From Desulfobacterales bacterium (GTDB lineage: Bacteria; Desulfobacterota; Desulfobacteria; Desulfobacterales; UBA2245): a stretch of 64,000 bases of DNA. The stretch spans positions 1 through 64,000 of the forward strand of contig JAXGZF010000012.1 of the NCBI GenBank assembly GCA_040771865.1, given 5' to 3'. Under the pieces are notes generated by a model. That model was not told where the DNA came from. It made no database searches and saw only the letters and a list, made by a program, of their open reading frames with translations. The stretch's first letter is position 1, and each line of letters starts with the position of its first letter. This document shows, in pieces, positions 1 to 7,452 of the stretch. Position numbers and translations under genes: made by a program.

Positions 1-1011
1 TACGGAGATAATTCAGATGACGATACTGAAGTAATAACGATCAATTACACAATGAACAATATTGTGAATGCGGTCGTTGTTAGCGACGCATCGGTGGGAT
101 ATGACATAAACATGGCCAGCGATGCCGCAGTTGCTGACGCCGTTGCGCTTGTACTCGATGGCGTAAATGGATTCTCTGCAACGGTAGAAAGTGATTGGTA
201 TGTGGTTGTTGAGGGAGATGACGGAAACAAGTGCAATATAGATTCAATTGCATTCTCTGGAGACGACGGTGGGTTAAATATCATCATTAATAATGGCGCG
301 GCGCCGGTTCTTCAGGCTGATGTTGCTCAGGAAAGCACGCTTACCGTGGTTGGAACCGCAACAGTCGGTGAGACGTATAACCTGACGGTCACCTTGAAGG
401 ACGGTACTGAAATCATCGCCGATGAATATGAGTCTGTTGGTGGTGAAACTGAAGCCCAGATTGCTGCAGCAATCGCTACAAACTTCAATGCGGTTGCGCC
501 TGCTGGTACTGTTAACGCAGTCGATAACGGTGACGGAACTATTACGTTAGACGATGAAAATGCGGATGACGGTGGTTTCACTGTAACCAACTTCTCAGCA
601 TCCGGCGCCTTTGGTGGCTCCGGCGCTTCCGGTGATCCGGACCCGGCAGCAGATGGCTTGGCATCCGCCGACATCATCACCGACTTCAATCAGAACGGCG
701 ATGATGTTATCTCCCTGGGTCTGGCTGCCGGCATTGGCGGCGTGAGCGGCAACATTGACTTTGCGGCTGCGCAGGCGAGCTATGGTGATGCCTATACAGC
801 TGCCAGTGGCGCCCTTGGCGGGAATGTGATCTACTTTTTCACCTCCATCGAGGCTGATGCAGCTTATGCGGCCACCGCGGACGAGGTGAACGAGGGTGAC
901 ACTGTGGGCTTGTTGTTCTTCGATGCCGACAACAATGGCACTCCTGACGGTGTAATTGCCCTGATCGGTGTCGATGGGTCCATGTTCGCTGCCGGTGACA
1001 TCATTGCCTAA
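1..1011 (+). CDS. C-terminal part of a large acidic secreted surface protein (S-layer/RTX-type T1SS substrate); 5'-truncated by the window
   Basis: Frame is open from base 1 (YGDNSDDDTEVITINYTMNN...). Very rich in D/A/G/T. C-terminus 'ADIITDFNQNGDDVISLG...LLFFDADNNGTPDGVIALIGV...DIIA' resembles T1SS-secreted proteins. Followed by a terminator and sapC-like genes. Confidence 0.7.
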   Translation, partial: YGDNSDDDTEVITINYTMNNIVNAVVVSDASVGYDINMASDAAVADAVALVLDGVNGFSATVESDWYVVVEGDDGNKCNIDSIAFSGDDGGLNIIINNGAAPVLQADVAQESTLTVVGTATVGETYNLTVTLKDGTEIIADEYESVGGETEAQIAAAIATNFNAVAPAGTVNAVDNGDGTITLDDENADDGGFTVTNFSASGAFGGSGASGDPDPAADGLASADIITDFNQNGDDVISLGLAAGIGGVSGNIDFAAAQASYGDAYTAASGALGGNVIYFFTSIEADAAYAATADEVNEGDTVGLLFFDADNNGTPDGVIALIGVDGSMFAAGDIIA

Positions 1012-1068
1012 TTAACCTCAACCAGCCTGCCTGAGTTGGCGGCAGGCTTGACCAGAAACAGTAAAACA

Positions 1069-1108
1069 AAAGCCCCCGGCTTCGAAGTAAAAAGAAGCCG
1101 GGGGCTTT
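1069..1108 (+). terminator. Strong hairpin, probable intrinsic terminator after the surface-protein gene
   Basis: AAAGCCCCCGGCTTC (1069-1083) pairs perfectly with GAAGCCGGGGGCTTT (1094-1108). A second small hairpin lies at 1024-1048. Confidence 0.8.
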
Positions 1109-1136
1109 ATCATTCAGCTTCAATACCTGAAACGTC

Positions 1137-1943
1137 ATGACGCACCCATTTTTACTGCTTGATGCCAAACAGCACCGGCAACACGGCTGGAAGCGGTCGA
1201 CGGATTTTAGATTTTCCCAGGCCCACGCCTGGGCGCCCCTGCTGGTTGCCGAAATATCCCGCGCACTGGCCGTCTTTCCGATGGCGTTCGTTCGGCCTTC
1301 CGCAGGTGAATATCAACTGGTGGCGCTGCTGGGAATGCACAAGGGACATAACCTCTTTGTCGACAGCGCCGGAAAATGGATCGGGGATTATATTCCCAGC
1401 CACTATCGCGCCTACCCCTTCAGCATGATCGAGACCTTGCAGGGCGACAAGCGTGTTTACGGGTTGGGATTTTACCAGCGCAGCGGTCTCTACCGGGAAA
1501 GTCCGAACCCGGAGCAGGGGGAGGAACGCTTTTTTGACGATGAAGGCAAACTTCAGCCCTTCATGGAAAAATTACTGACCTTTCTGAAGGCCACGACGGT
1601 CAGCCACCGGCAGACCCAGACCGCGGTCGGTGCGCTGGCGCAGGCCGGTTTGCTGATACCGTGGCACCTGCCTGCCGAAGAACCGCAAGCGGACCAGCCT
1701 CCGTTGCAGGGGCTTTACCGCATCGACGAAAAAGCCCTGACCGCCCTCAAGGGACCCGCTCTGGAGACCCTGCACCGGGCCGGCGCCTTGGCAATCGCCT
1801 ACGGTCAGCTGTTCTCCGTGTCCCGCATCAATCTGCTGCGGACCCTGCTCAAGCTAAAACAGCCCGCCCCGCCGCCGACCGGACTCGACCTCGAAAAACT
1901 CTTCGACAAAAAGGACGATATCTTCAAATTCGGCGAAATCTAA
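1137..1943 (+). CDS. SapC family protein (paralogue 1)
   Basis: Motifs 'APLLVAEI..FPMAF', 'NLFVD..GKW.GDYIP..YRAYPF' and 'GALAIAYGQLFS' are typical of SapC-like proteins. Confidence 0.85.
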   Translation: MTHPFLLLDAKQHRQHGWKRSTDFRFSQAHAWAPLLVAEISRALAVFPMAFVRPSAGEYQLVALLGMHKGHNLFVDSAGKWIGDYIPSHYRAYPFSMIETLQGDKRVYGLGFYQRSGLYRESPNPEQGEERFFDDEGKLQPFMEKLLTFLKATTVSHRQTQTAVGALAQAGLLIPWHLPAEEPQADQPPLQGLYRIDEKALTALKGPALETLHRAGALAIAYGQLFSVSRINLLRTLLKLKQPAPPPTGLDLEKLFDKKDDIFKFGEI

Positions 1944-1946
1944 AGA

Positions 1947-2054
1947 GGGGGACGTTGTTGACAAAGTGAACTTACGTTGTTTTCTTCCTCCTTACCCCGC
2001 TTACACCCCCAGGTGGCGCGCAGTTTTTAAGGCGAGCCGACATCCTTCCGTCAA
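1947..2054 (+). repeat. 108-bp direct repeat copy 1, starting with the 27-bp RAYT-associated repeat
   Basis: Matches 2746-2853 with 6 mismatches by manual alignment. Begins GGGGGACGTTGTTGACAAAGTGAACTTA, 3 nt after the sapC1 stop. Confidence 0.95.
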
Positions 2055-2096
2055 GAAAGAATTGGGAACGCGCCAAAAGACAAAGAACAAAAAGGT

Positions 2097-2124
2097 TAGA
2101 CTTCCATCCGAAATCTGGTATATT
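2097..2124 (+). promoter_or_regulatory. Possible sigma70 promoter for the TA pair
   Basis: TAGACT-16 nt-TATATT with an extended -10 (TGn at 2116-2118). Confidence 0.3.
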
Positions 2125-2234
2125 TTAGTCAATAAATTACGCCGTTGAAATCGGTCTTGCAATGAAAGGGACGCAAGAGACCATGACGTTGATTCAGCCG
2201 TTTTGCGAATCAACAATATTGCGAGGAGCATCGA

Positions 2235-2471
2235 ATGCCAACGGTGTTCAGGGTTGGCCCCTATCGATTCTTTTTTTATGCCGGTGATCGCGATGAACCT
2301 TACCACATTCATGTCGAACGCGATGAAAATGTGGCAAAGTACTGGTTGGATCCAATCCATCTTCAGAACAGCGGCGGATTTAATCGTTTTGAATTAAAGC
2401 AAATTCACAGCATTATTGAGAAAAATCAGGAGTTGCTCATAGAGGCATGGCATGAATATTTTGGCCTTTGA
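2235..2471 (+). CDS. DUF4160 family protein, putative type II toxin
   Basis: 'MPTVFRVGPYRFFFYAGDRDEPYHIHV...AKYWL...IEAWHEYF'; GAGGAG RBS upstream; overlaps the DUF2442 gene. Confidence 0.85.
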   Translation: MPTVFRVGPYRFFFYAGDRDEPYHIHVERDENVAKYWLDPIHLQNSGGFNRFELKQIHSIIEKNQELLIEAWHEYFGL

Positions 2472-2760
2472 GATCAAAATTCCCCTTGCCGTCGATGTCC
2501 ATTTGACTGATGATACCTTGACGGTTGATCTCAGTGATGGACGCACCATTTCGGTTCCATTGGTTTGGTATCCCCGTCTTGATCACGCCAGTTCGGAGGA
2601 GCGCCTGAATTGGAGGTTTATCGGAAAAGGTCAAGGCATCCACTGGGAGGATTTAGACGAAGACATAAGCGTCGAGGGCCTGATTGCAGGCAAACCCTCC
2701 GCCGAGAGCAAAACATCCCTCAAAAAATGGCTTCAGGGCAGAACTGGGGGACGTTGTTGA
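2452..2760 (+). CDS. DUF2442 family protein, putative antitoxin
   Basis: 'LTVDLSDGRTISVPLVWYPRL..AS.EER.NW..IG.GQGIHWEDLDEDISVEGL'. The stop TGA lies inside the downstream repeat. Confidence 0.85.
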   Translation: MNILAFEIKIPLAVDVHLTDDTLTVDLSDGRTISVPLVWYPRLDHASSEERLNWRFIGKGQGIHWEDLDEDISVEGLIAGKPSAESKTSLKKWLQGRTGGRC

Positions 2761-2985
2761 CAAAGTGAACTTACTTTGTTTTCTTCCTCCTTACCCCGCC
2801 TTCACTCCCAGGTGGGACGCAGTTTTTAAGGCGAGCCGACATCCTTCCGTCAATGATTTTTCAAATCGCCGATGTGAAGACTTCCAGCCGTCTGGCGGTA
2901 TCGGTCAGAGAAACACAAAAACCGCCGTTCGGCTCGGCGGCCGGCAATGCATTTGCTTAAGTTCATTTAGTCAACAACGTCCCCC
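2746..2985. mobile_element. 240-bp non-autonomous element (MITE/REPIN-like) bounded by inverted copies of the 27-bp repeat
   Basis: Left end GGGGGACGTTGTTGACAAAGTGAACTTA (2746-2773); right end TAAGTTCATTTAGTCAACAACGTCCCCC (2958-2985). The interior contains a transposase 3' remnant. Confidence 0.8.
2843..2945 (-). pseudogene. Decayed fragment of the RAYT C-terminal HTH coding region
   Basis: Minus-strand translation AAEPNGGFCVSLTDTARRLEVFTSAI*KIIDGR versus intact AVELTEDFGLSMAETARQLGVSISAIRKIIERR: 16/33 identical, internal stop at 2861-2863. Confidence 0.85.
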
Positions 2986-3132
2986 TCCCCGGTTCGTCCT
3001 TTACATATTCGTCATGCCGTGGTAAGAACCCCAAACCATGGGAAGAGTTTCAACCCCTGAGACATATTATCGGGCATGAAAAATTCCATTTTTGCCAATC
3101 ATTAACCAAACTGACAAAGGAGGAATACAAGC

Positions 3133-3378
3133 ATGAACATATTATTGATTGAAAAACTAGGCGCCGTATCCATGAGAAATGGAATGGTCCGCATACAGTG
3201 CATCGCCACCGGCGCGGACGGGCAGGACCAGATCACCGGCGAGCTGGTGATTCCGGCGGTTCAGTACGGCATGGTAGCCGGCGGCATGTACGCCGCGGGC
3301 AAGCAGCTTAAGGAGAAAATCGAGCAGGCCCGCGCTGCCCAGGAAGAAAGCAAGGCTTCCGATAAATCCCTTCAGTAG
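3133..3378 (+). CDS. Small hypothetical protein of the surface/SapC locus
   Basis: Strong AAGGAGG RBS, 81 aa, co-oriented with the sapC genes. Confidence 0.75.
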   Translation: MNILLIEKLGAVSMRNGMVRIQCIATGADGQDQITGELVIPAVQYGMVAGGMYAAGKQLKEKIEQARAAQEESKASDKSLQ

Positions 3379-3382
3379 CATT

Positions 3383-3407
3383 GGGGGACGTTGTTGACTA
3401 AGTGAAC
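3383..3407 (+). repeat. 27-bp RAYT-associated repeat copy
   Basis: GGGGGACGTTGTTGACTAAGTGAAC, 4 nt after the 3378 stop. Confidence 0.9.
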
Positions 3408-3450
3408 CAGCGTCTGCGTTGTGATCTCCGTCCGGTTTTCCTGCGAAACC

Positions 3451-3597
3451 GGGTCGTTGTTGACTGAGTGAATTTTTTATCGAGACAACGTGGAGACTCC
3501 ATTTGTCTGTCTGTTTCCGCCAGCGTAAGGCCTATATCGCCGGTCTGCTCGGCAGCGCTCAATGTGCTTGTAAGTTCATTTAGTCAACAACGTCCCC
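3451..3597. mobile_element. 147-bp non-autonomous element bounded by inverted repeat copies, containing a second transposase 3' remnant
   Basis: GGGTCGTTGTTGACTGAGTGAA (from 3451) ... TAAGTTCATTTAGTCAACAACGTCCCC (3571-3597). The minus-strand interior reads AAEQTGDIGLTLAETDRQ/GVST, with a 1-nt frameshift relative to the transposase. Confidence 0.75.
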
Positions 3598-4558
3598 TTC
3601 TTTCGATGATTTTGCGGATCGCCGATATGGAAACTCCCAGCTGTCTGGCTGTTTCCGCCATGGAAAGACCGAAGTCTTCGGTCAGTTCGACGGCCAACCT
3701 TGACCGAACGGCGGAAACGCTGCGGCGACGGCTGCCGGAGGTCAAAAGGATTTCCTTCATCCCTTCGTCCCGGCAAACCCCGAGGACACGTTGCCGAGCT
3801 CTGTCGATCCTTTCGATCAGCGGCAATTGGCGCTTGATTTTTTGCTCCGTCTCAGCAAGCACTGCCTCGACGAACTCGCCGCTGCCAAGGATTCGCTCGT
3901 CGCTTCTTTCGAATGAGCCGGAACTGCGCGATGCCTTGACGGCCGACCAGCCTCCCATGGACCGGATCAAACCGCCGCCCACCAATTCGGGGCGCCTTCC
4001 CTGCGCGATTCCTTTCTGCACAAAGTCCCTGTAGGCATTTCGGGCTTCATTTTCCAGTTTCCCGAAGCACCTGAGCACATAGCCGGCATCCTGCCATGGC
4101 GTTTGATTGTTGCCCATAATGCAGGAATGTCCGCACCAGGGATGGCGGTCCAGTTCGGCCATCGATGCCACGATGCCGGCCCGCAAAGGATTTAAATGAA
4201 TATATCGAACCAATTCCGTGAAATAGGCATTCTCTTGACATATGATGGATTTGTAGCGATTCTGAAAAAGGTGGCCGCAGCGCTGGCGGCGGCGATTGAA
4301 TGATACGGCGTAGCCGGTCAGAAAGCGCCTCATGAAAACAGGCAAGCCCTCGGGCCCGCTGCGAAGCAGAATATGGGCATGATTGTTCATCAGCGCCCAG
4401 GCGAAAATGGAAGTGGCCGTAGAAAGCGCGAGATCTCCCATTCGGGTTCGGAAATCATCCCGGTCCTTATCGTTGCACACGATGTCTCTGCGCTCGATTC
4501 CCCGAAGGATGACGTGATGCAGGGTTCCGGGCGCATCGAGTCGCGGGCCTCTGGGCAT
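3584..4558 (-). CDS. HUH/Y1 tyrosine transposase, REP-associated (RAYT/TnpA-REP type), with C-terminal HTH
   Basis: 'MPRGPRLDAPGTLHHVILRGIERR', HUH motif 'LMNNHAHILL', 'GHLFQNRYKS', 'YIHLNP.RAG' and a C-terminal HTH. Start taken at ATG 4558. The stop lies inside a repeat. Confidence 0.9.
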   Translation of the reverse strand: MPRGPRLDAPGTLHHVILRGIERRDIVCNDKDRDDFRTRMGDLALSTATSIFAWALMNNHAHILLRSGPEGLPVFMRRFLTGYAVSFNRRRQRCGHLFQNRYKSIICQENAYFTELVRYIHLNPLRAGIVASMAELDRHPWCGHSCIMGNNQTPWQDAGYVLRCFGKLENEARNAYRDFVQKGIAQGRRPELVGGGLIRSMGGWSAVKASRSSGSFERSDERILGSGEFVEAVLAETEQKIKRQLPLIERIDRARQRVLGVCRDEGMKEILLTSGSRRRSVSAVRSRLAVELTEDFGLSMAETARQLGVSISAIRKIIERRGRC

Positions 4559-4602
4559 CTGGTTGCCTTGTTTGGGTGGCCTTGTTTTGAAGGAATGGTG
4601 AA

Positions 4603-4631
4603 ACAATACGCGCTTTAGTTCAATTAGTCAA
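4603..4631 (-). promoter_or_regulatory. Putative sigma70 promoter of the transposase, with its -35 inside the repeat
   Basis: Minus strand TTGACT (4631-4626), 17 nt, TATTGT (4608-4603). Confidence 0.55.
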
Positions 4632-4641
4632 CAACGTCCCC
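4616..4641 (-). repeat. 27-bp RAYT-associated repeat copy upstream of the transposase
   Basis: Reverse complement reads GGGGACGTTGTTGACTAATTGAACTA. Confidence 0.9.
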
Positions 4642-4648
4642 AAAAGAA

Positions 4649-4677
4649 TTGACGCATGCTTTTTTATTTTATAAAGT
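4649..4677 (+). promoter_or_regulatory. Possible sigma70 promoter for the downstream hypothetical gene and sapC2
   Basis: TTGACG-17 nt-TAAAGT in an AT-rich context. Confidence 0.4.
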
Positions 4678-4806
4678 AGTAATTCGAAGTGGTTCTGAAA
4701 CATCGAAACGAGTTGGTTTCGCAATTTTGAAGGCGATCCCTTAATAGGTCATGAGTAAAACGTTTTTACGGGCCGTTGACGGTCCCAGCGGAAAGATCAA
4801 ACCTGA

Positions 4807-5313
4807 ATGACGCCCACTCTTCTGCAACGTCTGACCACCGTCTACATCCCTACCGAGGACCGGATCCGCATTTCGGCCGAAGACAACAAGGGCCGGGTCG
4901 TCGTGTTATGGCTGACGCAACGCCTTCTGAAGCGGCTTGTTCCCGCTCTCGTCGAATGGCATGAAAAGCGCATGGGAAATTCCATCGGAGCCGATGTTCG
5001 GCAGAGTTTTGCGCAAATCAGCGCCGTAAGCTGCCTGGCGCCCCAGCCGCCCGTTGATTCGGAAGCATCCATCGATGCGGGTGCGATCGAATCGATCGAT
5101 ATCAAGCGCGGGGTCGATGGCGTACGCCTGGTGTTCAAGACCTGCCGCTTCGAACCGGCGGAAGTGGCGTTAGGCGAGTTGATGCTCCGGCAATGGCTCG
5201 ACATCGTCTATCGCATCTGCGTAATGGCCGAATGGACGAGCATCCCGTGGCCGTCATGGCTGCAGGAGTCTTGTTGTGCGGGACAATCCGAAGGAAGAAG
5301 GGTTCTTCATTGA
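4807..5313 (+). CDS. Hypothetical protein of the SapC/T1SS locus
   Basis: 168-aa ORF 'LQRLTTVYIPTEDRIRI...VLWLTQRLLKRLVP', co-oriented with the locus. Confidence 0.7.
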   Translation: MTPTLLQRLTTVYIPTEDRIRISAEDNKGRVVVLWLTQRLLKRLVPALVEWHEKRMGNSIGADVRQSFAQISAVSCLAPQPPVDSEASIDAGAIESIDIKRGVDGVRLVFKTCRFEPAEVALGELMLRQWLDIVYRICVMAEWTSIPWPSWLQESCCAGQSEGRRVLH

Positions 5314-5475
5314 AAAAAGGTCGTTATTGCGGAAAACGGTTCTTTTACTGTGGACATCCCCAAAAAATGTATTATACGTATGCTTGCTGAATTACTTAGT
5401 ATAATTTCCTTTTTTTATAAAGAGCGGCATGGATTGTTTTCATAATAACGAGGAGAAACAGAAAGGATAGGTTCA

Positions 5476-6201
5476 ATGGCGCAAAACATTTACCAGAAGC
5501 CCATTTATTTAAACTCTGTCAATCACAAGTTCGTGAAGGTGGCGCCTGTCAGCAATTACAAGTTTGCCCGGGAATCGAACTCTGCCTTGATCGTCGGCAA
5601 TGATTTTCAGGAAGCGGCGAAGTGTTTTCCAGTGGTTTTCACAAAGGACCCGGAAGGCGCCATAGTTCCTGTTGCCATTCTGGGTTTGAAGAATAACGAG
5701 AACCTTTTTGTCGATGAAAACGGCGTGTGGCGTGTCGGCACATACGTTCCCGCCTATTTTCGCCGTTACCCCTTTATTTTGGCCAAAAGCGCCGATCAAG
5801 ACGGCCGGTTTTCGGTGTGCGTGGATTCCGGGTATGAGGGATTCGGCAGCGAAGAGGGCATGCAGCTTTTCGACGGGGAAGGCAATCAGACCGAGGAATT
5901 TAAAAAGGCGATCGAGCTGTTGCGCGTTTACCAGGCCCAGTTTGACCATACCCGGAACCTGATCAAGATTCTGGATGAATATGGGCTCTTCAAGGAAGTG
6001 GCGGCAACCATCACGCTGCCGGAGGGAGAAAAGATCGGTTTGGGCGGTCTGCTGATGGTCAATGAAGAGGCGATGCTCAAGATGGAAGACGAGAAGATTC
6101 TCCGACTTTTCCGGCCCGGCTACTTCGGATTGATTTATGCCCATCTTTCCTCTTTGACCAATTTCCGTGCATTGATGGCGATCGCAAATGAAAGAAAATA
6201 A
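5476..6201 (+). CDS. SapC family protein (paralogue 2)
   Basis: 'FPVVF...PVAILGL..NENLFVD..G.W...YVPAYFRRYPFILA...LIYAHLSSL.NF'. Confidence 0.9.
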   Translation: MAQNIYQKPIYLNSVNHKFVKVAPVSNYKFARESNSALIVGNDFQEAAKCFPVVFTKDPEGAIVPVAILGLKNNENLFVDENGVWRVGTYVPAYFRRYPFILAKSADQDGRFSVCVDSGYEGFGSEEGMQLFDGEGNQTEEFKKAIELLRVYQAQFDHTRNLIKILDEYGLFKEVAATITLPEGEKIGLGGLLMVNEEAMLKMEDEKILRLFRPGYFGLIYAHLSSLTNFRALMAIANERK

Positions 6202-6206
6202 AAAAA

Positions 6207-6234
6207 GGGGGGCGTTGTTGACGAAGTGAACTTA
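6207..6234 (+). repeat. 27-bp RAYT-associated repeat copy (solo)
   Basis: GGGGGGCGTTGTTGACGAAGTGAACTTA, 5 nt after the sapC2 stop. Confidence 0.85.
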
Positions 6235-6458
6235 TGCAGTTGACCCCCTTGCTCCGACTCTCTCTTTGCGGTCTGCGCATGGGTCGCCCTGCTTTTGGCG
6301 AATATGGCGGCGCAAACACACGGGATTTTCGGGCGCTTTCGGACATTACTTCTTGCCAAAAAGGGCCAATCCTGATAGAAAATTTCCGGTCATGCGTCCG
6401 CAGCCGAAGGATGCATGACCGGTTGCTTCTGATTCAATCAAAATGAAGGAGAAAAGCC

Positions 6459-7178
6459 TTGTTCGCAAATGCTAAACCGCTGGATAAAAAGGTTCATCAA
6501 CATTTAAAATTTTCGCCGGCCAAGGGCTACCAGTTTGCCGAGGATATCCCCGCATCAGTCCTCAGCCATCTGGAGATGGCTGCGGCTTCGAGGTATTATC
6601 CTATTGTTTTTTTAACCGGGGGAGACAACAATCCCTGCATGCCGCATGCGCTGCTGACCCTGAAGCAGAAAAAAAACGCCTTTGTCACGGATGACGGCGT
6701 CTGGGCCGCGGGGTATATTCCCATGCACATTCAGCGCTATCCATTTATTCTGGGCCGGGCGGCCAAGCAAAAGAACTATGTCGTGATGATCGATGAGAAC
6801 GCGCCTCAATTTCAGAGCGATAAAGGGGTCCCTTTGTTTGACGACACAGGGGAGGCCACCGATTTTCTGAAGAATACAATCGCCTTTCTGGAGAAGTACA
6901 TCAAGGATCTTGAAATCACCCGACTTCTGGTTCAGGAAATCGACAAGAGCGGGCTGCTGATGCCGATGAAGGCCAAAGACGGCCCGAAGGGCGAGGCAAA
7001 GATTCTGAAGGGTTTCCAAACCATCGATGCGCAAAAAATGCTCAAACTCGATGACGCCACGCTGGCCGGATGGGTTCGCAAGGGCATCATGCCCATGATT
7101 CACGCCCATCTGACCTCCTTGGCCAATTTCAACGACCTGGCGAAATTGCAGGGTCTGAAACCGCCGTTTAGGGCCTAA
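6459..7178 (+). CDS. SapC family protein (paralogue 3)
   Basis: TTG start with AAGGAG RBS; 'YPIVF...YIPMHIQRYPFIL...IHAHLTSLANF'. Confidence 0.88.
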   Translation: MFANAKPLDKKVHQHLKFSPAKGYQFAEDIPASVLSHLEMAAASRYYPIVFLTGGDNNPCMPHALLTLKQKKNAFVTDDGVWAAGYIPMHIQRYPFILGRAAKQKNYVVMIDENAPQFQSDKGVPLFDDTGEATDFLKNTIAFLEKYIKDLEITRLLVQEIDKSGLLMPMKAKDGPKGEAKILKGFQTIDAQKMLKLDDATLAGWVRKGIMPMIHAHLTSLANFNDLAKLQGLKPPFRA

Positions 7179-7452
7179 CGGTTTCGGTCGGCTCAAAGGG
7201 AACGAAGCGGCTGATTTATTCGGGCCGTTTGATTTGTTTGCCGCCGCCGCGGCGTCCTGAGTCCAAGCTTTTCAGATTTCGAGTTTTATCGGGTTCATCC
7301 GGTTTCAGCGGACCTTGAACAGAGGGAAAGGCCGAACGTCCTTTCCCTCTGTTCGTAGACGGTCGGATTGGGCGATAGAAAACGGTTTGCAATGGCCCTG
7401 TTTTGAATTGAAACGGAGTTCGGCGCCGACAACCGCGCTGAAGTTAAAATCC

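Noticed and set aside
2120..2140. TTTAGTCAATAA as a further reverse repeat copy
   Set aside because: Only about 11 nt match and the CGTCCCC end is absent; it could be chance in AT-rich DNA.
2150..2185. 'GGGACGCAA'-containing hairpin as a c-di-GMP-I riboswitch
   Set aside because: The upstream GGCAAAC/GNRA P2 element and the P3 stem are not evident; only a simple imperfect hairpin is visible.
1966..3025. ORFs 1966-2148, 2001-2360, 2203-2397 and 2684-3025
   Set aside because: They are translations of the non-coding repeats or alternative frames of the TA genes; the shared peptide text only reflects the DNA duplication.
1947..4641. GGGG-starting inverted repeats as Tn3-family ends or integron attC sites
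   Set aside because: No 5-bp target duplication and no Tn3 transposase, resolvase or integron integrase is present. The repeats lack attC R''/R' architecture, and the adjacent enzyme is HUH/Y1.
1947..6234. 27-bp repeats as a CRISPR array
   Set aside because: Spacing is irregular (tens of bp to >1.5 kb), orientations are mixed, whole genes lie between copies, and no cas genes are in the window.
6340..6381. Degenerate right end for the 6207 repeat, or a sapC3 promoter
   Set aside because: Only about 10/15 nt match the reverse repeat. TTGCCA-17-TAGAAA is an equally weak alternative. Neither is supportable.
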